Part shown: positions 1 through 9,918 of the stretch, one piece after another
How positions within the stretch are numbered: position 1 is the stretch's first letter
Layout of the letters: each line of letters begins with the position of its first letter
DNA from: Balneolaceae bacterium
GTDB taxonomy: Bacteria; Bacteroidota; Rhodothermia; Balneolales; Balneolaceae
Direction of reading: 5' to 3'
Assembly: GCA_965601955.1 (NCBI GenBank)
Contig: OZ271855.1
Span: forward strand, 2,675,553-2,739,552
Length of the DNA: 64,000 nucleotides
Program-made: the position numbers and the translations under genes
The notes under the pieces: model-generated
Database searches by the model: none
What the model saw: only the letters and a program-made list of their open reading frames with translations
Told to the model about the DNA's origin: nothing

Positions 1-744
1 CGAAGAGATAGTTTCTTTACAGGCGTTTCGGAAGGCTCAGTAGGTATCAATCGCATTTTGAAGACCATGAGAGTGTTCAATGGCAATATTGTTATTGAGA
101 AGAAGGGAATTTATGCCGTAGAGAATTACATCATTTCCAGAAGGCTAATGTATATGCAGGTCTACCTACATAAAACAGTACTAAGTGGAGATGTATTACT
201 GAGGAAGGTTTTCCAACGAGTTAGAGACTTACTCGTTCTTGGTAAAAAAATTGATTTTGGATCATCGAACCTTGAATACTTCTTAAAGGAAGAACAATCC
301 GCTAAAAAAAGAATTACAAAAACGGTAATTGATCAGTATTTGTCTTTAGATGATTACGATATCTATCAAAACATAAAGGTTTGGCAACATGCTAAAGACC
401 CCGTTTTATCAGATTTGAGCTTTCGGTTCTTAACCCGCTCATTATTTCGAACAACTTTTTTGGATAAAGCCCCTACCGAAGATGAGATCGCGAATCTTGC
501 TAAAAAAACTACCCGCATTCTAAAGAAGAAAGGGATACCAATAGATTCTGAATCTGCTTCCTATTACTACAGCTTCCAGAATGATCAAACAGAAGCCTAT
601 AAACATCTTAACGATCGAATCTGGATTTTAGATGATGATGAAGCCATTGAATTTTCAAAAGCTGCTGACACAAAAAGTATTGTAGCATTGGCCCAGCCTG
701 TAGTAAGACACTATTGTGTGCATCTAAAAGAAATAGATATTTAA
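1..744 (+). CDS. HD-superfamily phosphohydrolase (dNTPase/SAMHD1-like), C-terminal portion; 5' end lies outside the window
   Basis: The frame of track ORF 58..744 stays open back to nt 1 (RRDSFFTGVSEGSVGINRILK...). RDSFFTGV and RRLMYMQVYLHKT are typical of the region following the HD motif in this family. Confidence 0.6.
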   Translation, partial: RRDSFFTGVSEGSVGINRILKTMRVFNGNIVIEKKGIYAVENYIISRRLMYMQVYLHKTVLSGDVLLRKVFQRVRDLLVLGKKIDFGSSNLEYFLKEEQSAKKRITKTVIDQYLSLDDYDIYQNIKVWQHAKDPVLSDLSFRFLTRSLFRTTFLDKAPTEDEIANLAKKTTRILKKKGIPIDSESASYYYSFQNDQTEAYKHLNDRIWILDDDEAIEFSKAADTKSIVALAQPVVRHYCVHLKEIDI

Positions 745-3065
745 CTCTCCTGAAGAACCTTTACTACTTTAGTAACCGTTAGATAATCATAGTCCTGGGC
801 TATAGATATCAGTTTATCGTACTCAGGGCCTGAGGCAACAGTCGCAAATTCTTTCGAAGAGATATAGTCCACTAAAAAATCGAAGTCCTGCATCTTCAAT
901 GCGGAGAACACTTTCTCCCGCTTTTCATCATCCATCGAATTTATGAAGGAAGCGATTTTTTCAGGGCTTACTTCTTCACTGCTTTCCGCCTCTCCGGCAA
1001 GTACTGGAACTTCAGCAACCCCTAGCAACATATCAATGGTTGAAAGTAAATCATCTGTCTTAAAAGGCTTTAGGATATACTCAGAAAAGCCCTGAGCCAT
1101 TAATTCATTTCGGTCTCCCTTGAATCCTCCGGCAGTAACAGCAATAATCGGAATATTAGCAAATTTACCTCCTGAAGCCCTAATCGTTAACATAGCCTCT
1201 AACCCGTCCATTACAGGCATATTGATGTCCATCAAAATTACATCAGGAGCAAAACTATCCAGCATATCGATGGCTTCCTGTCCATTCTCTGCTTCTTTAT
1301 ATTCAAAGCCTTTTTCTTTGAGCACTAAGCGAGTAATAGTTCGATTAGGCTCAATATCATCGACTATGAGTACCTTTACCTTCTTATTCCTTGTACCTAT
1401 ATCTGTAGAAAATGCGGTATTGCTTTCAACACCGGTTGATACTAGCTGAGCATCCAATGTTTTTATGGGAATTTGGACTCTTACAATAGTCCCTTTGTCC
1501 AATTTACTCTTTACCTCAATGTGACCTCCCATAAAATCAACAAGGCGCTGACATAACGTAAGCCCAAGTCCCGTTCCGTTATTTTTCAGGCTATCTAATT
1601 GCCAGAACGGCTCAAAAATATGTTGCAATGCATCCTCAGAAATACCGATTCCAGTATCTTTTACCTCTACTTTAAGAGTATCCTGCCCATCTACTTCAAT
1701 CACCGAATAGAAAAGTCCGACAGAGCCACTTTTTGTAAACTTAATTGCATTAGTGAGCAGGTTCTTAATAATTGTAGAAAGCTTATCAAGATCGGTTTCG
1801 ATTGCATTAGGCAATGCTCCTACAGCATCAAGTGAGAACTTCAATCCCTTTTCTTTTGCCTTCTTCGACAATTTTGTAGCCATATCTTTGAAGAATGCAT
1901 TAAGCGCTATTGATTCTACATCTAATCGTGTTCTATCTGAATCGAGTGTAGATAATTCAAGAATATCAGTCACCATGCCTAATAATTGCTCCCCGGCATT
2001 GGATATGGTTTGCACATGAATCTTATCCATATCCTTTAAAGCATCACTTTGCCCTAAAATCTGAGTGTATCCAAGAATTGCATTAAGCGGTGTTCTGAAC
2101 TCATGAGACATACTAGCAATGAATCCGGTTTTGGTCCTACTGGCTTCCTCTGCAATGTCTTTAGCTTTCTTCAGGTACTCCTCGGTATCCTTAGCAGCAG
2201 TGATATCCCTCGTTACAGCCTGAAAACCTACAATAACGCCATTTTCTTTGATGAAAGTGGCAGACTGTCCCAACCATTTGATTTCTCCGTCTTTTGTTAC
2301 CGCCCTGAATTCGATATAGGTACTGGGAGTTTCTTTATTGTATTGGTCGAAGTAAAACTTATCAACCCGATCGCGATCTCGTTCGGCAACAAGGTCTTTA
2401 AAGTTTTTAGAAAGAACCTCGAATTCTGAATACCCAATAATCTGCTCTACGATAGAATTGACAAAATTGAAGTTTCCATTCAGATCGATTTTAAAAATAA
2501 TATCTCTGGCTGATTCTACAAGCTGCTTGTATTCTGTTTGAGTATTGTACAACCGGTCCTCAACAAACTTTTTACCAGATACGTCTGCAGCTTCTGTGAG
2601 GATGTATTCCTTGCCTTTCTTCTCTGAAATAATGGTTCGTTTTTGAATTTGAAACCATTCTTCTTTCTCGCCTTTTGTAAATGTTGATTTATAAACAATA
2701 GAAGATGAACGCCTGGAAATGATATCATCATTATGCTTAAGAAAGGCCTTTTTCACAAATTCGTCGATGGGTAAGTCAGTAAAAGGCTTGCCAAAAACTT
2801 TACTTTTTTTCTCTCCGATTAGCTTGAGAAATTTATCGTTAGCAAAGATTATGTTCGAATCAAAGTCGAAAAAAACGATGTACTGATCCTGTTCATGAAC
2901 CAGAGAGTTCAGTAAAAAAGTATTTCGCTTACGTCTTAAAAACCTTCTTACAAGAACATAAGTGGTTATGAAAGTGAACACTATAACTACCGCAATAATA
3001 GTTAATTGCTCAGCACTTAAATCACTTATTTGCATACCTTTAGAATATCTACCTAGACCTTGCAT
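741..3065 (-). CDS. hybrid sensor histidine kinase / response regulator (TM anchor, PAS-like repeats, HisKA, HATPase_c, REC, C-terminal tail)
   Basis: 774-aa ORF. H-box SHEFRTPLNAILG, N box LLTNAIKFT, G boxes DTGIGI and GTGLGL. Receiver domain VLIVDD...DINMPVMDG...LKPF. N-terminal hydrophobic helix. Confidence 0.85.
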   Translation of the reverse strand: MQGLGRYSKGMQISDLSAEQLTIIAVVIVFTFITTYVLVRRFLRRKRNTFLLNSLVHEQDQYIVFFDFDSNIIFANDKFLKLIGEKKSKVFGKPFTDLPIDEFVKKAFLKHNDDIISRRSSSIVYKSTFTKGEKEEWFQIQKRTIISEKKGKEYILTEAADVSGKKFVEDRLYNTQTEYKQLVESARDIIFKIDLNGNFNFVNSIVEQIIGYSEFEVLSKNFKDLVAERDRDRVDKFYFDQYNKETPSTYIEFRAVTKDGEIKWLGQSATFIKENGVIVGFQAVTRDITAAKDTEEYLKKAKDIAEEASRTKTGFIASMSHEFRTPLNAILGYTQILGQSDALKDMDKIHVQTISNAGEQLLGMVTDILELSTLDSDRTRLDVESIALNAFFKDMATKLSKKAKEKGLKFSLDAVGALPNAIETDLDKLSTIIKNLLTNAIKFTKSGSVGLFYSVIEVDGQDTLKVEVKDTGIGISEDALQHIFEPFWQLDSLKNNGTGLGLTLCQRLVDFMGGHIEVKSKLDKGTIVRVQIPIKTLDAQLVSTGVESNTAFSTDIGTRNKKVKVLIVDDIEPNRTITRLVLKEKGFEYKEAENGQEAIDMLDSFAPDVILMDINMPVMDGLEAMLTIRASGGKFANIPIIAVTAGGFKGDRNELMAQGFSEYILKPFKTDDLLSTIDMLLGVAEVPVLAGEAESSEEVSPEKIASFINSMDDEKREKVFSALKMQDFDFLVDYISSKEFATVASGPEYDKLISIAQDYDYLTVTKVVKVLQES

Positions 3066-3130
3066 AATAATGAAATGCAGCTAAAAGTAAAGGAATTAGC
3101 CAGAAGATTAATCTTTCCTAATCGGGATTT

Positions 3131-3604
3131 TCAAATGGTAGACCTAAAATAGACTATAAAAGAAAGGTCGTCTTTTTCTTCTCTGGATTTCTCCACCCAG
3201 GTACTACCTATTTCATCCCTGTATTCCGGAAAGAAGGTATCACCTTCGTACTCCTTTTTAACTTCAGTTACAATCATCTTGTCAACAATAGGAAGTGTCT
3301 CTTTGTATAGAACTCCCCCACCGATAATAAATACTTCTTCGTCCTCAATTTTATTTAAAGCCTCTTCAAGGCTTGTATAAGTTTCTACTCCCTCATATTT
3401 CTTAGACCGGGACAGTACAATATTCCTTCTTCCCGGTAGCGGGGTTTCATTTAGTTCCTCAAACACCCCACGACCCATGATTATGGTATTTCCCAATGTG
3501 GTTGCTTTGAAGTGCTTAAGATCTTCGGGGTAGCGCCAGGGCAACTCTCCATTATTGCCAATTACCAGGTTTGGATCATGGGCAACAACAATAATTAAAA
3601 TCAT
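3131..3604 (-). CDS. folA: dihydrofolate reductase
   Basis: 157-aa ORF with IGNNGELPW and GRGVFEEL DHFR motifs. 4-nt overlap with the upstream thyA. Confidence 0.9.
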   Translation of the reverse strand: MILIIVVAHDPNLVIGNNGELPWRYPEDLKHFKATTLGNTIIMGRGVFEELNETPLPGRRNIVLSRSKKYEGVETYTSLEEALNKIEDEEVFIIGGGVLYKETLPIVDKMIVTEVKKEYEGDTFFPEYRDEIGSTWVEKSREEKDDLSFIVYFRSTI

Positions 3605-4449
3605 ACGGCTACCTCAAACCTGATCACCGGATCCGGATCGTAATTCTCCAGAGTGAAGTCATCAAAGGTAAGATCGTCAACGGGCTTATTAGCTATCTTA
3701 AGCGTTGGTAATGCTCTTGGGGTTCGTGTTAATTGTTCCTTCAAGCCATCTACATGGTTAACATAGATATGAGCATCTACAATAGTGTGAGCAAAAAACC
3801 CGGGCTCAAGACCTACTTCCTGTGCTATAGCCATGGTAAGGGCTGAATAGCAGGCAAGATTGAAAGGAATTCCAAGGGCGATATCTCCCGAGCGTTGGGT
3901 AAGGTGACAATTCAGCCTCCCATTAGCTACATTGAAAATGTACATCAAATGACATGGAGGTAGTGCCATTTCTCCCAAAAGTCCGGGGTGCCAGGTACTT
4001 ACTACAATTCTTCGACTATTTGGGTTTGTCTTGAGCATATCGATCGCTCTCTGAACCTGGTCAAATTCTTTACGAACCCAAACTTCTTTTTCAAGTTTTC
4101 CAGCCTGGCCTTCTAATTCAATCGTTTCTTTTTCGAGAGATGGAAACCTCCTCCATAGCACCGGGTAAATAGGTCCAACATACCCATCTTCATCAGCCCA
4201 AGCATCCCAGATATGGCAGTCATTTTCATCTCTTAACCATCTAATATGATCTTCACCTCTCAGGTACCATAAAAGCTCCAGGATAACTGACCGAAAATAA
4301 ACTTTCTTGGTTGTTAACAAAGGAAAGCCTTCTGCTAAATCTACTTTGTAATACTCAGCAAAATTAGAGATGGTATCGGTTCCTGTTCTATTCTCTTTTC
4401 TTACACCGTTTTCGAGTACGCTTCTGACCAGATCGTGATATGCTTTCAT
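3601..4449 (-). CDS. thyA: thymidylate synthase (ThyA type)
   Basis: 282-aa ORF with RRIVVSTWHP, LPPCHLMY (catalytic Cys) and DAHIY signatures. Confidence 0.95.
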   Translation of the reverse strand: MKAYHDLVRSVLENGVRKENRTGTDTISNFAEYYKVDLAEGFPLLTTKKVYFRSVILELLWYLRGEDHIRWLRDENDCHIWDAWADEDGYVGPIYPVLWRRFPSLEKETIELEGQAGKLEKEVWVRKEFDQVQRAIDMLKTNPNSRRIVVSTWHPGLLGEMALPPCHLMYIFNVANGRLNCHLTQRSGDIALGIPFNLACYSALTMAIAQEVGLEPGFFAHTIVDAHIYVNHVDGLKEQLTRTPRALPTLKIANKPVDDLTFDDFTLENYDPDPVIRFEVAV

Positions 4450-4464
4450 TAGTTACTTAAGGGG

Positions 4465-5883
4465 TTAGAGTAAAATTTTTCCTAGGAATATAATCGCGAT
4501 TGAAAAATAAATAATGATTCCACTTACATCCACTATTGTTGCAACAAAAGGGGCAGAAGAAACAGCGGGATCAAGACCCAATTTCGAAAGAATGAACGGA
4601 AGCATGGCTCCGATGAAATTTCCAAACACCACTATGCTTAATAAGCTGAGAGCGACTACCAACGCAGTAAGTAGCATTTCTTCTCCAAAAGGATTACCTG
4701 CTATAAGCTCCCAACTTATCAGGGTTATGAAACCCAACAATCCAATAAGGGTGCCTAAAATCAATCCTGAAAGGAATTCGCGTGCAAAAACCTTTTTCCA
4801 GTCATCAAATTTTATGTCATCAGTAGCGAGGGCACGAATAATAAGTGTAGCTGCCTGGGCTCCCGAATTTCCACCACTTGCGATAATGAGTGGCACGAAA
4901 AAAGATAGAAATACAACTTTGCTTAGCAATTCTTCATACTGCCCCATCGTCAACGCAGTAATAATTTGCCCAATAAATAAGATAATCAACCAACCTAATC
5001 TCTTCTTAACCATTGCCGAGATTGTCGTCTGAGAATAATAATCATCAAGCGCATCCATAGCGGCCATTTTCTGCATATCCTCAGTGGTCTCTTCTTCTGC
5101 CACATCGATTACATCATCAACCGTCACTATTCCTACAAGAATACCGTCCGAGTCTACAACCGGAAGGGCTATCCTGTCATATTTCGCAAACGTTTTCACA
5201 GCCTCTTCCTGATCATCATAAGCACTGAGGGTATTAAAGGTATTATCCATAACCGATGCGATAGTATCTTCCGGATCGGCTACTATAAGCTGTGTTATTT
5301 TAAGGTCATCGATGAGATGCTCTTTATCATCAACCACAAAAATAACGTTCAGGGTCTCAGCAACCTCCGCATACTTCCTGATATGAGCCATGCTCCTGGC
5401 GATCGTCCATTCAGACTTCACCCTCACATATCTTGGGGTCATTAATCGGCCAACACTATCTTCAGGATACCCGAGAAGTTTTTTGATCTGCTTTTGATCT
5501 TCCGGATTCATTGAATTCATCACACTTTGTGTGAGATGACCCGGCAGTTCTTCCAAAAGCGCAACCTGCTCGTCAGGTTCCAGGTTGCTCATTACATCGG
5601 AAAGCTGCTGGCGATTAAATAGCTCCAACAACTCCACTCCTTTCCCAGACGGAAGTTCTGCAAAAACATCAGCAGCTACGGGCTTTTTGAGCAATCGAAA
5701 AACAACTACAGCTATGCTTCCATCTAATTCGACCAAAAGCTCAGCAATATCTACAGGAGGAACATCGGCAAGTACCTCTTTCAATCCAACCCAATCTTTG
5801 GCCTCAATAAGTTCCTGAAATTCTGGTTTGATGAGCTGTACAAGCATAGTATGAGGTACTGAAGAAATTCTAGCCAATGCCAA
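4465..5883 (-). CDS. mgtE: magnesium transporter MgtE
   Basis: MgtE N-domain, CBS-pair region, and a C-terminal TM domain with the GGNSGAQ motif. The track start at 5883 is TTG; the first ATG is at 5847. Confidence 0.9.
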   Translation of the reverse strand: MALARISSVPHTMLVQLIKPEFQELIEAKDWVGLKEVLADVPPVDIAELLVELDGSIAVVVFRLLKKPVAADVFAELPSGKGVELLELFNRQQLSDVMSNLEPDEQVALLEELPGHLTQSVMNSMNPEDQKQIKKLLGYPEDSVGRLMTPRYVRVKSEWTIARSMAHIRKYAEVAETLNVIFVVDDKEHLIDDLKITQLIVADPEDTIASVMDNTFNTLSAYDDQEEAVKTFAKYDRIALPVVDSDGILVGIVTVDDVIDVAEEETTEDMQKMAAMDALDDYYSQTTISAMVKKRLGWLIILFIGQIITALTMGQYEELLSKVVFLSFFVPLIIASGGNSGAQAATLIIRALATDDIKFDDWKKVFAREFLSGLILGTLIGLLGFITLISWELIAGNPFGEEMLLTALVVALSLLSIVVFGNFIGAMLPFILSKLGLDPAVSSAPFVATIVDVSGIIIYFSIAIIFLGKILL

Positions 5884-5935
5884 GATGACGGGCTAAGAAT
5901 CGCGCTTAATCACTCAAAAAACAAGTGGTGCTTTG

Positions 5936-6685
5936 TTAATCTTCAGTAAGATTCAACACCTGAAGTGCAGCCTCGGCAGCTAGTTGCTCTGCCTTTTTCT
6001 TGCTCTTGCCAATGCCCGTTCCTAACTCTTCCTCTCCAATCATCACAGTAACTTCAAACGTGCGATTATGTCCGGGGCCAGATTCATTAATCATTTTATA
6101 GCGAGGAAGTGGGAGACGTTCGGCTTGTGTGTATTCCAGGAGGGCGCTTTTGTAGTTATCCACCGTATGTATAACTTCTTCGAAGTTCACAAACTTATCG
6201 AACACATATTCTACAAATTGAAAAGCGCTGGAATACCCTTTTGTTATGTAGATTGCTGCAATTATAGATTCAAACACATCCGCCAAGATACTTTTCGAAA
6301 TCTTTGTATTCCCTGACCGCTCCCCCATCTCCATCAGGTCATCTAATCCTAGCTGTGTGGAAAATTGAGCTAATGTTTCTCCCTTAACAAGTTTAGCCCT
6401 TATTTTGGTGAGAAATCCTTCGTCTTTTTTGGGGTACTTATTAAATAAAATCTCTGCGGCTATCAGGTCAAGGACAGCGTCTCCAAGAAACTCTAAGCGT
6501 TCGTACGAATCATACTTGGCATACTGTTCCTGGGTAAGCATCGACCGATGACGCAGGGCTCGCTGAAATAAAGAGGTATTCTCTATTTTAAGTCCGACAA
6601 TTTTTTCGAGATGGGCAATACGATCATCATGTAAAGCAGTCTCTTTGCTTTTACGGCTAAACAAAGATCTGATGATGGATCGCAT
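5936..6685 (-). CDS. rnc: ribonuclease III
   Basis: ERLEFLGDAVL RNase III signature plus a C-terminal dsRNA-binding domain. Starts immediately after the fabF stop. Confidence 0.9.
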   Translation of the reverse strand: MRSIIRSLFSRKSKETALHDDRIAHLEKIVGLKIENTSLFQRALRHRSMLTQEQYAKYDSYERLEFLGDAVLDLIAAEILFNKYPKKDEGFLTKIRAKLVKGETLAQFSTQLGLDDLMEMGERSGNTKISKSILADVFESIIAAIYITKGYSSAFQFVEYVFDKFVNFEEVIHTVDNYKSALLEYTQAERLPLPRYKMINESGPGHNRTFEVTVMIGEEELGTGIGKSKKKAEQLAAEAALQVLNLTED

Positions 6686-7930
6686 CTAGTTTTCGAACTT
6701 CTTGAATACTAATGTTGAATTATGTCCGCCAAATCCGAATGCATTATTCAACGCATATCTGATATCCCGTACTACAGGCTCATTAGCAGTATAATTTAAA
6801 TCACATTCCGGGTCTTGATTATCAATATTGATAGTGGGTGGAACTGTTCCATGATATACTGCAAGTAATGCAGCAACTGACTCTATAGCTCCGGCTGCCC
6901 CTAATGTGTGGCCAGTCATAGACTTAGTAGAGTTCAGGTTTATAGTTTTGGAGTGATCGCCAAACACTTTCTTTATCGAATTAGTCTCAGCAATATCTCC
7001 TAGTGGTGTAGAGGTTCCATGCATATTGATATGATCAACGTCTTCGACATTAATACCAGCTGCATTAAGTGCATTATTCATAGCAATTTGCACTCCTCCT
7101 CCATCAGGATCAGGAGCTGTAATGTGGTAGGCGTCAGCGGAATATCCATATCCAGCCAATTCACCATAAATACGGGCTCCTCTTTTCTTGGCCGATTCAA
7201 GCTCTTCCAATAAGAAAATACCTGCACCTTCTCCTAATACAAAGCCATCACGATCTATATCAAAAGGCCGTGAAGCTCTTTCGGGTTCATCATTCCTGGT
7301 CGACATAGCCTTCATCGCATTGAAACCTGAGATTCCAATCCTAGTAACCGGAGCTTCTGTGCCTCCGGTAACTGCCATATCCGCCTGACCATATTTTATC
7401 ATATCGTAGGCTATACCAATGTTATGAGAACCAGTAGCACATGCAGAAACTGCACAAAAATTTGGTCCCCTAAACCCATACCTAATCGAGATTTGGCCTG
7501 CTACCAAATCTGGAATAAGCATTGGTATGAAGAATGGGGAAACTCCCCTTGGCCCTCTTTCATGAAACGAAATAGATTGGTCGTAGAAGGTTTTCATACC
7601 ACCAATTCCTGTACCCACAATTACTGCTACTCGATCTTTATTGATCTTTTCCAGATCAATTCCAGAATCTTCAACAGCTTCTCTGGTAGCAACAATGGCA
7701 TATTGTGCCACCAAATCCAGACGACGCGCATCTTTATGCTCGAAATGGTCTTTAGGATTATAATCCTCAAGCTGTGCCGCAAATTTAGTTGGGAATTCGG
7801 AGGTATCGAAATGTTCAACAACCCGGGCACCACTCTTGCCGGATAGCATCCCATTCCAAAAAGCAGGAGCGCTCTCACCAATTGGGGTAAGAGCGCCAAT
7901 ACCTGTAATAACGACTCTACGTTCGCTCAT
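6686..7930 (-). CDS. fabF: 3-oxoacyl-ACP synthase II
   Basis: 414 aa. Active-site SACATGSH, HGTSTPLGD, GHTLGAAG. Confidence 0.95.
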   Translation of the reverse strand: MSERRVVITGIGALTPIGESAPAFWNGMLSGKSGARVVEHFDTSEFPTKFAAQLEDYNPKDHFEHKDARRLDLVAQYAIVATREAVEDSGIDLEKINKDRVAVIVGTGIGGMKTFYDQSISFHERGPRGVSPFFIPMLIPDLVAGQISIRYGFRGPNFCAVSACATGSHNIGIAYDMIKYGQADMAVTGGTEAPVTRIGISGFNAMKAMSTRNDEPERASRPFDIDRDGFVLGEGAGIFLLEELESAKKRGARIYGELAGYGYSADAYHITAPDPDGGGVQIAMNNALNAAGINVEDVDHINMHGTSTPLGDIAETNSIKKVFGDHSKTINLNSTKSMTGHTLGAAGAIESVAALLAVYHGTVPPTINIDNQDPECDLNYTANEPVVRDIRYALNNAFGFGGHNSTLVFKKFEN

Positions 7931-7948
7931 AAAAAAAGGAGAGGTTTT

Positions 7949-8188
7949 TTAAGATAATTTACCAGATAGATAACTTACCGCATCACCCACAGTTGCAATA
8001 TTCTCTGCGTCTTCATCAGGGATGCTTAAATCAAACTCTTTTTCGAATTCCATGATCAATTCCACAGTATCTAAAGAGTCTGCACCAAGATCGTTAGTGA
8101 AGTTTGCATCTGAAGTAACTTCAGATTCATCAACACCTAATTTATCAACGATAATGGCGGTTACTTTTGATTCGACATCTTGTGACAT
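7949..8188 (-). CDS. acpP: acyl carrier protein
   Basis: 79 aa. [12 protein letters not shown] phosphopantetheine-attachment motif. Confidence 0.95.
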   Translation of the reverse strand: MSQDVESKVTAIIVDKLGVDESEVTSDANFTNDLGADSLDTVELIMEFEKEFDLSIPDEDAENIATVGDAVSYLSGKLS

Positions 8189-8272
8189 AATTCGTCCTAT
8201 TGTATTTATTGGTAGTTAGATTAAATAAAAAACTTGTTTAACATAAAAATTCATTTGTGCATCTGCAATAGC

Positions 8273-9022
8273 TTACATTGCCATACCACCGTCAACACGA
8301 AGGGTTTCTCCGGTTATATAGCTGCTCATATCAGATGCTAAAAACGCCACTGCATCGGCGATCTCATCAGGGTTACCTGCCCTCCCAAGAGGGGTAGCAG
8401 CTTTAATTCCTTCCAGTACTTTCTCATCAAGAGAACCTGTCATATCTGTTGTTATATAACCAGGTGCTACTACATTAGCTCGAATATTTCTCGAAGCCAA
8501 TTCCTTTGCATAAGATTTTGTGAATCCAATGATCCCGGCTTTTGAAGCGGAGTAGTTGCTTTGGCCTGCATTACCGGTTAGGCCTACCACAGAGCTTATG
8601 TTGATGATGGAGCCCCCTCGATTTTTCATCATTGGGCGAGCTGCAACTTTTGAATAATTGAAGATACTTTTCAGGTTTGTGGTAATAACGTCATCCCACT
8701 GATCTTCTGCCATTCTAAGAATCAGGTTATCCTTTGTGATTCCCGCATTATTTACCAGGACATCAATTTTGCCCCAGTCGGCCACGAGTTCATTCACTAC
8801 TTTCTCTGCCTCGCCGAAATCAACCGCATCTGCCTGGATAGCTTTAGCTTTTCTTCCCATAGCTTCGATTTCAGCCTTCACTTCATTTGCTGCATCAGCT
8901 GAGCGAGCATATGTAACAGCAACATCGGCTCCCAGTTCTGCAAGCTTAAGGGCTATTGCTTTTCCTATTCCCCGGCTACCGCCGGTCACTAAACATGATT
9001 TTCCTTCTAGTGTTAATCCCAT
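8273..9022 (-). CDS. fabG: 3-oxoacyl-ACP reductase (SDR)
   Basis: TGGSRGIGKAIA cofactor motif and YSASKAG catalytic motif. Sits within the fab cluster. Confidence 0.9.
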   Translation of the reverse strand: MGLTLEGKSCLVTGGSRGIGKAIALKLAELGADVAVTYARSADAANEVKAEIEAMGRKAKAIQADAVDFGEAEKVVNELVADWGKIDVLVNNAGITKDNLILRMAEDQWDDVITTNLKSIFNYSKVAARPMMKNRGGSIINISSVVGLTGNAGQSNYSASKAGIIGFTKSYAKELASRNIRANVVAPGYITTDMTGSLDEKVLEGIKAATPLGRAGNPDEIADAVAFLASDMSSYITGETLRVDGGMAM

Positions 9023-9029
9023 TGTCTAT

Positions 9030-9917
9030 TTATTGATGTCCTGAAATTTCTGCTTTTCTATTAGTTCTTTTAACAAGTCCCTGAAGTACTTTTCCTGGCC
9101 CAACTTCTACAAACGATGAAGCTCCCTGCTCAATCATATTCTGAAGTGTTTGTGTCCATCTCACCGGGTTTAGAAGCTGATTCAAAAGGTTTGATCGTAT
9201 TGCTTCAGGGTCAGTGGTAGGATCAGCTGTATAATTGCTATAAATCGGACATGCAGGAATTGATATTTCCAACTGCTCAAGTTGATCTCTAAGTCCATCT
9301 AGTGCTGGTTGCATTAATGACGAATGAAATGCGCCACTAACTGGCAAAAGCATCGCCATTCTTGCCCCTTTCTCTTTAGCAATTTCGACAGCTTTTTCGA
9401 CAGCCTCTATATAGCCTGAAATAACGAGCTGCCCCGGGCAATTATAATTAGCAGCAATTACTTCTTTTCCCGTAGCTGAAGTAGCCTCCGAGCAAATATT
9501 CTCAACGGCTTCATCTTCCATTCCAATAATGGCCGCCATCGTTCCGGGATTCTCTGTTCCCGCCTGCTGCATTAACTCCCCTCTTCTGCGAACAATTTTC
9601 AGTGCATCTTCAAATTGTACAGCTCCACATGCTACCAGGGCAGAAAATTCCCCAAGGCTATGGCCTGCAACCATATCTGGTGTAGCATTTAGTGTTTTGA
9701 AAAGAGCTACTGAATGAAGGAAAATAGCTGGCTGGGTAAATTCGGTTTGCTTCAGTTTCTCTTCCGGACCATCGAACATGATTGAAGACAAATCGATACC
9801 AAGGATTTCATTTGCCTGATTCACATAGTTGGCAAAATCAGCGTTTGAATCATAATGATCCTTGCCCATACCAACAAACTGAGATCCCTGTCCAGGAAAT
9901 AGATAGGCAGTACTCAT
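9030..9917 (-). CDS. fabD: malonyl-CoA:ACP transacylase
   Basis: 295 aa. GQGSQ and GHSLGE motifs. Confidence 0.9.
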   Translation of the reverse strand: MSTAYLFPGQGSQFVGMGKDHYDSNADFANYVNQANEILGIDLSSIMFDGPEEKLKQTEFTQPAIFLHSVALFKTLNATPDMVAGHSLGEFSALVACGAVQFEDALKIVRRRGELMQQAGTENPGTMAAIIGMEDEAVENICSEATSATGKEVIAANYNCPGQLVISGYIEAVEKAVEIAKEKGARMAMLLPVSGAFHSSLMQPALDGLRDQLEQLEISIPACPIYSNYTADPTTDPEAIRSNLLNQLLNPVRWTQTLQNMIEQGASSFVEVGPGKVLQGLVKRTNRKAEISGHQ

Positions 9918-9918
9918 T

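Noticed and set aside
741-744. Convergent genes sharing overlapping stop codons in a TTAA tetranucleotide. This also occurs at 59115-59118 (bshB1 / hydroxylase).
   Set aside because: This is a curiosity of compact genomes and leaves no room for terminators. No functional implication can be supported from the sequence alone.
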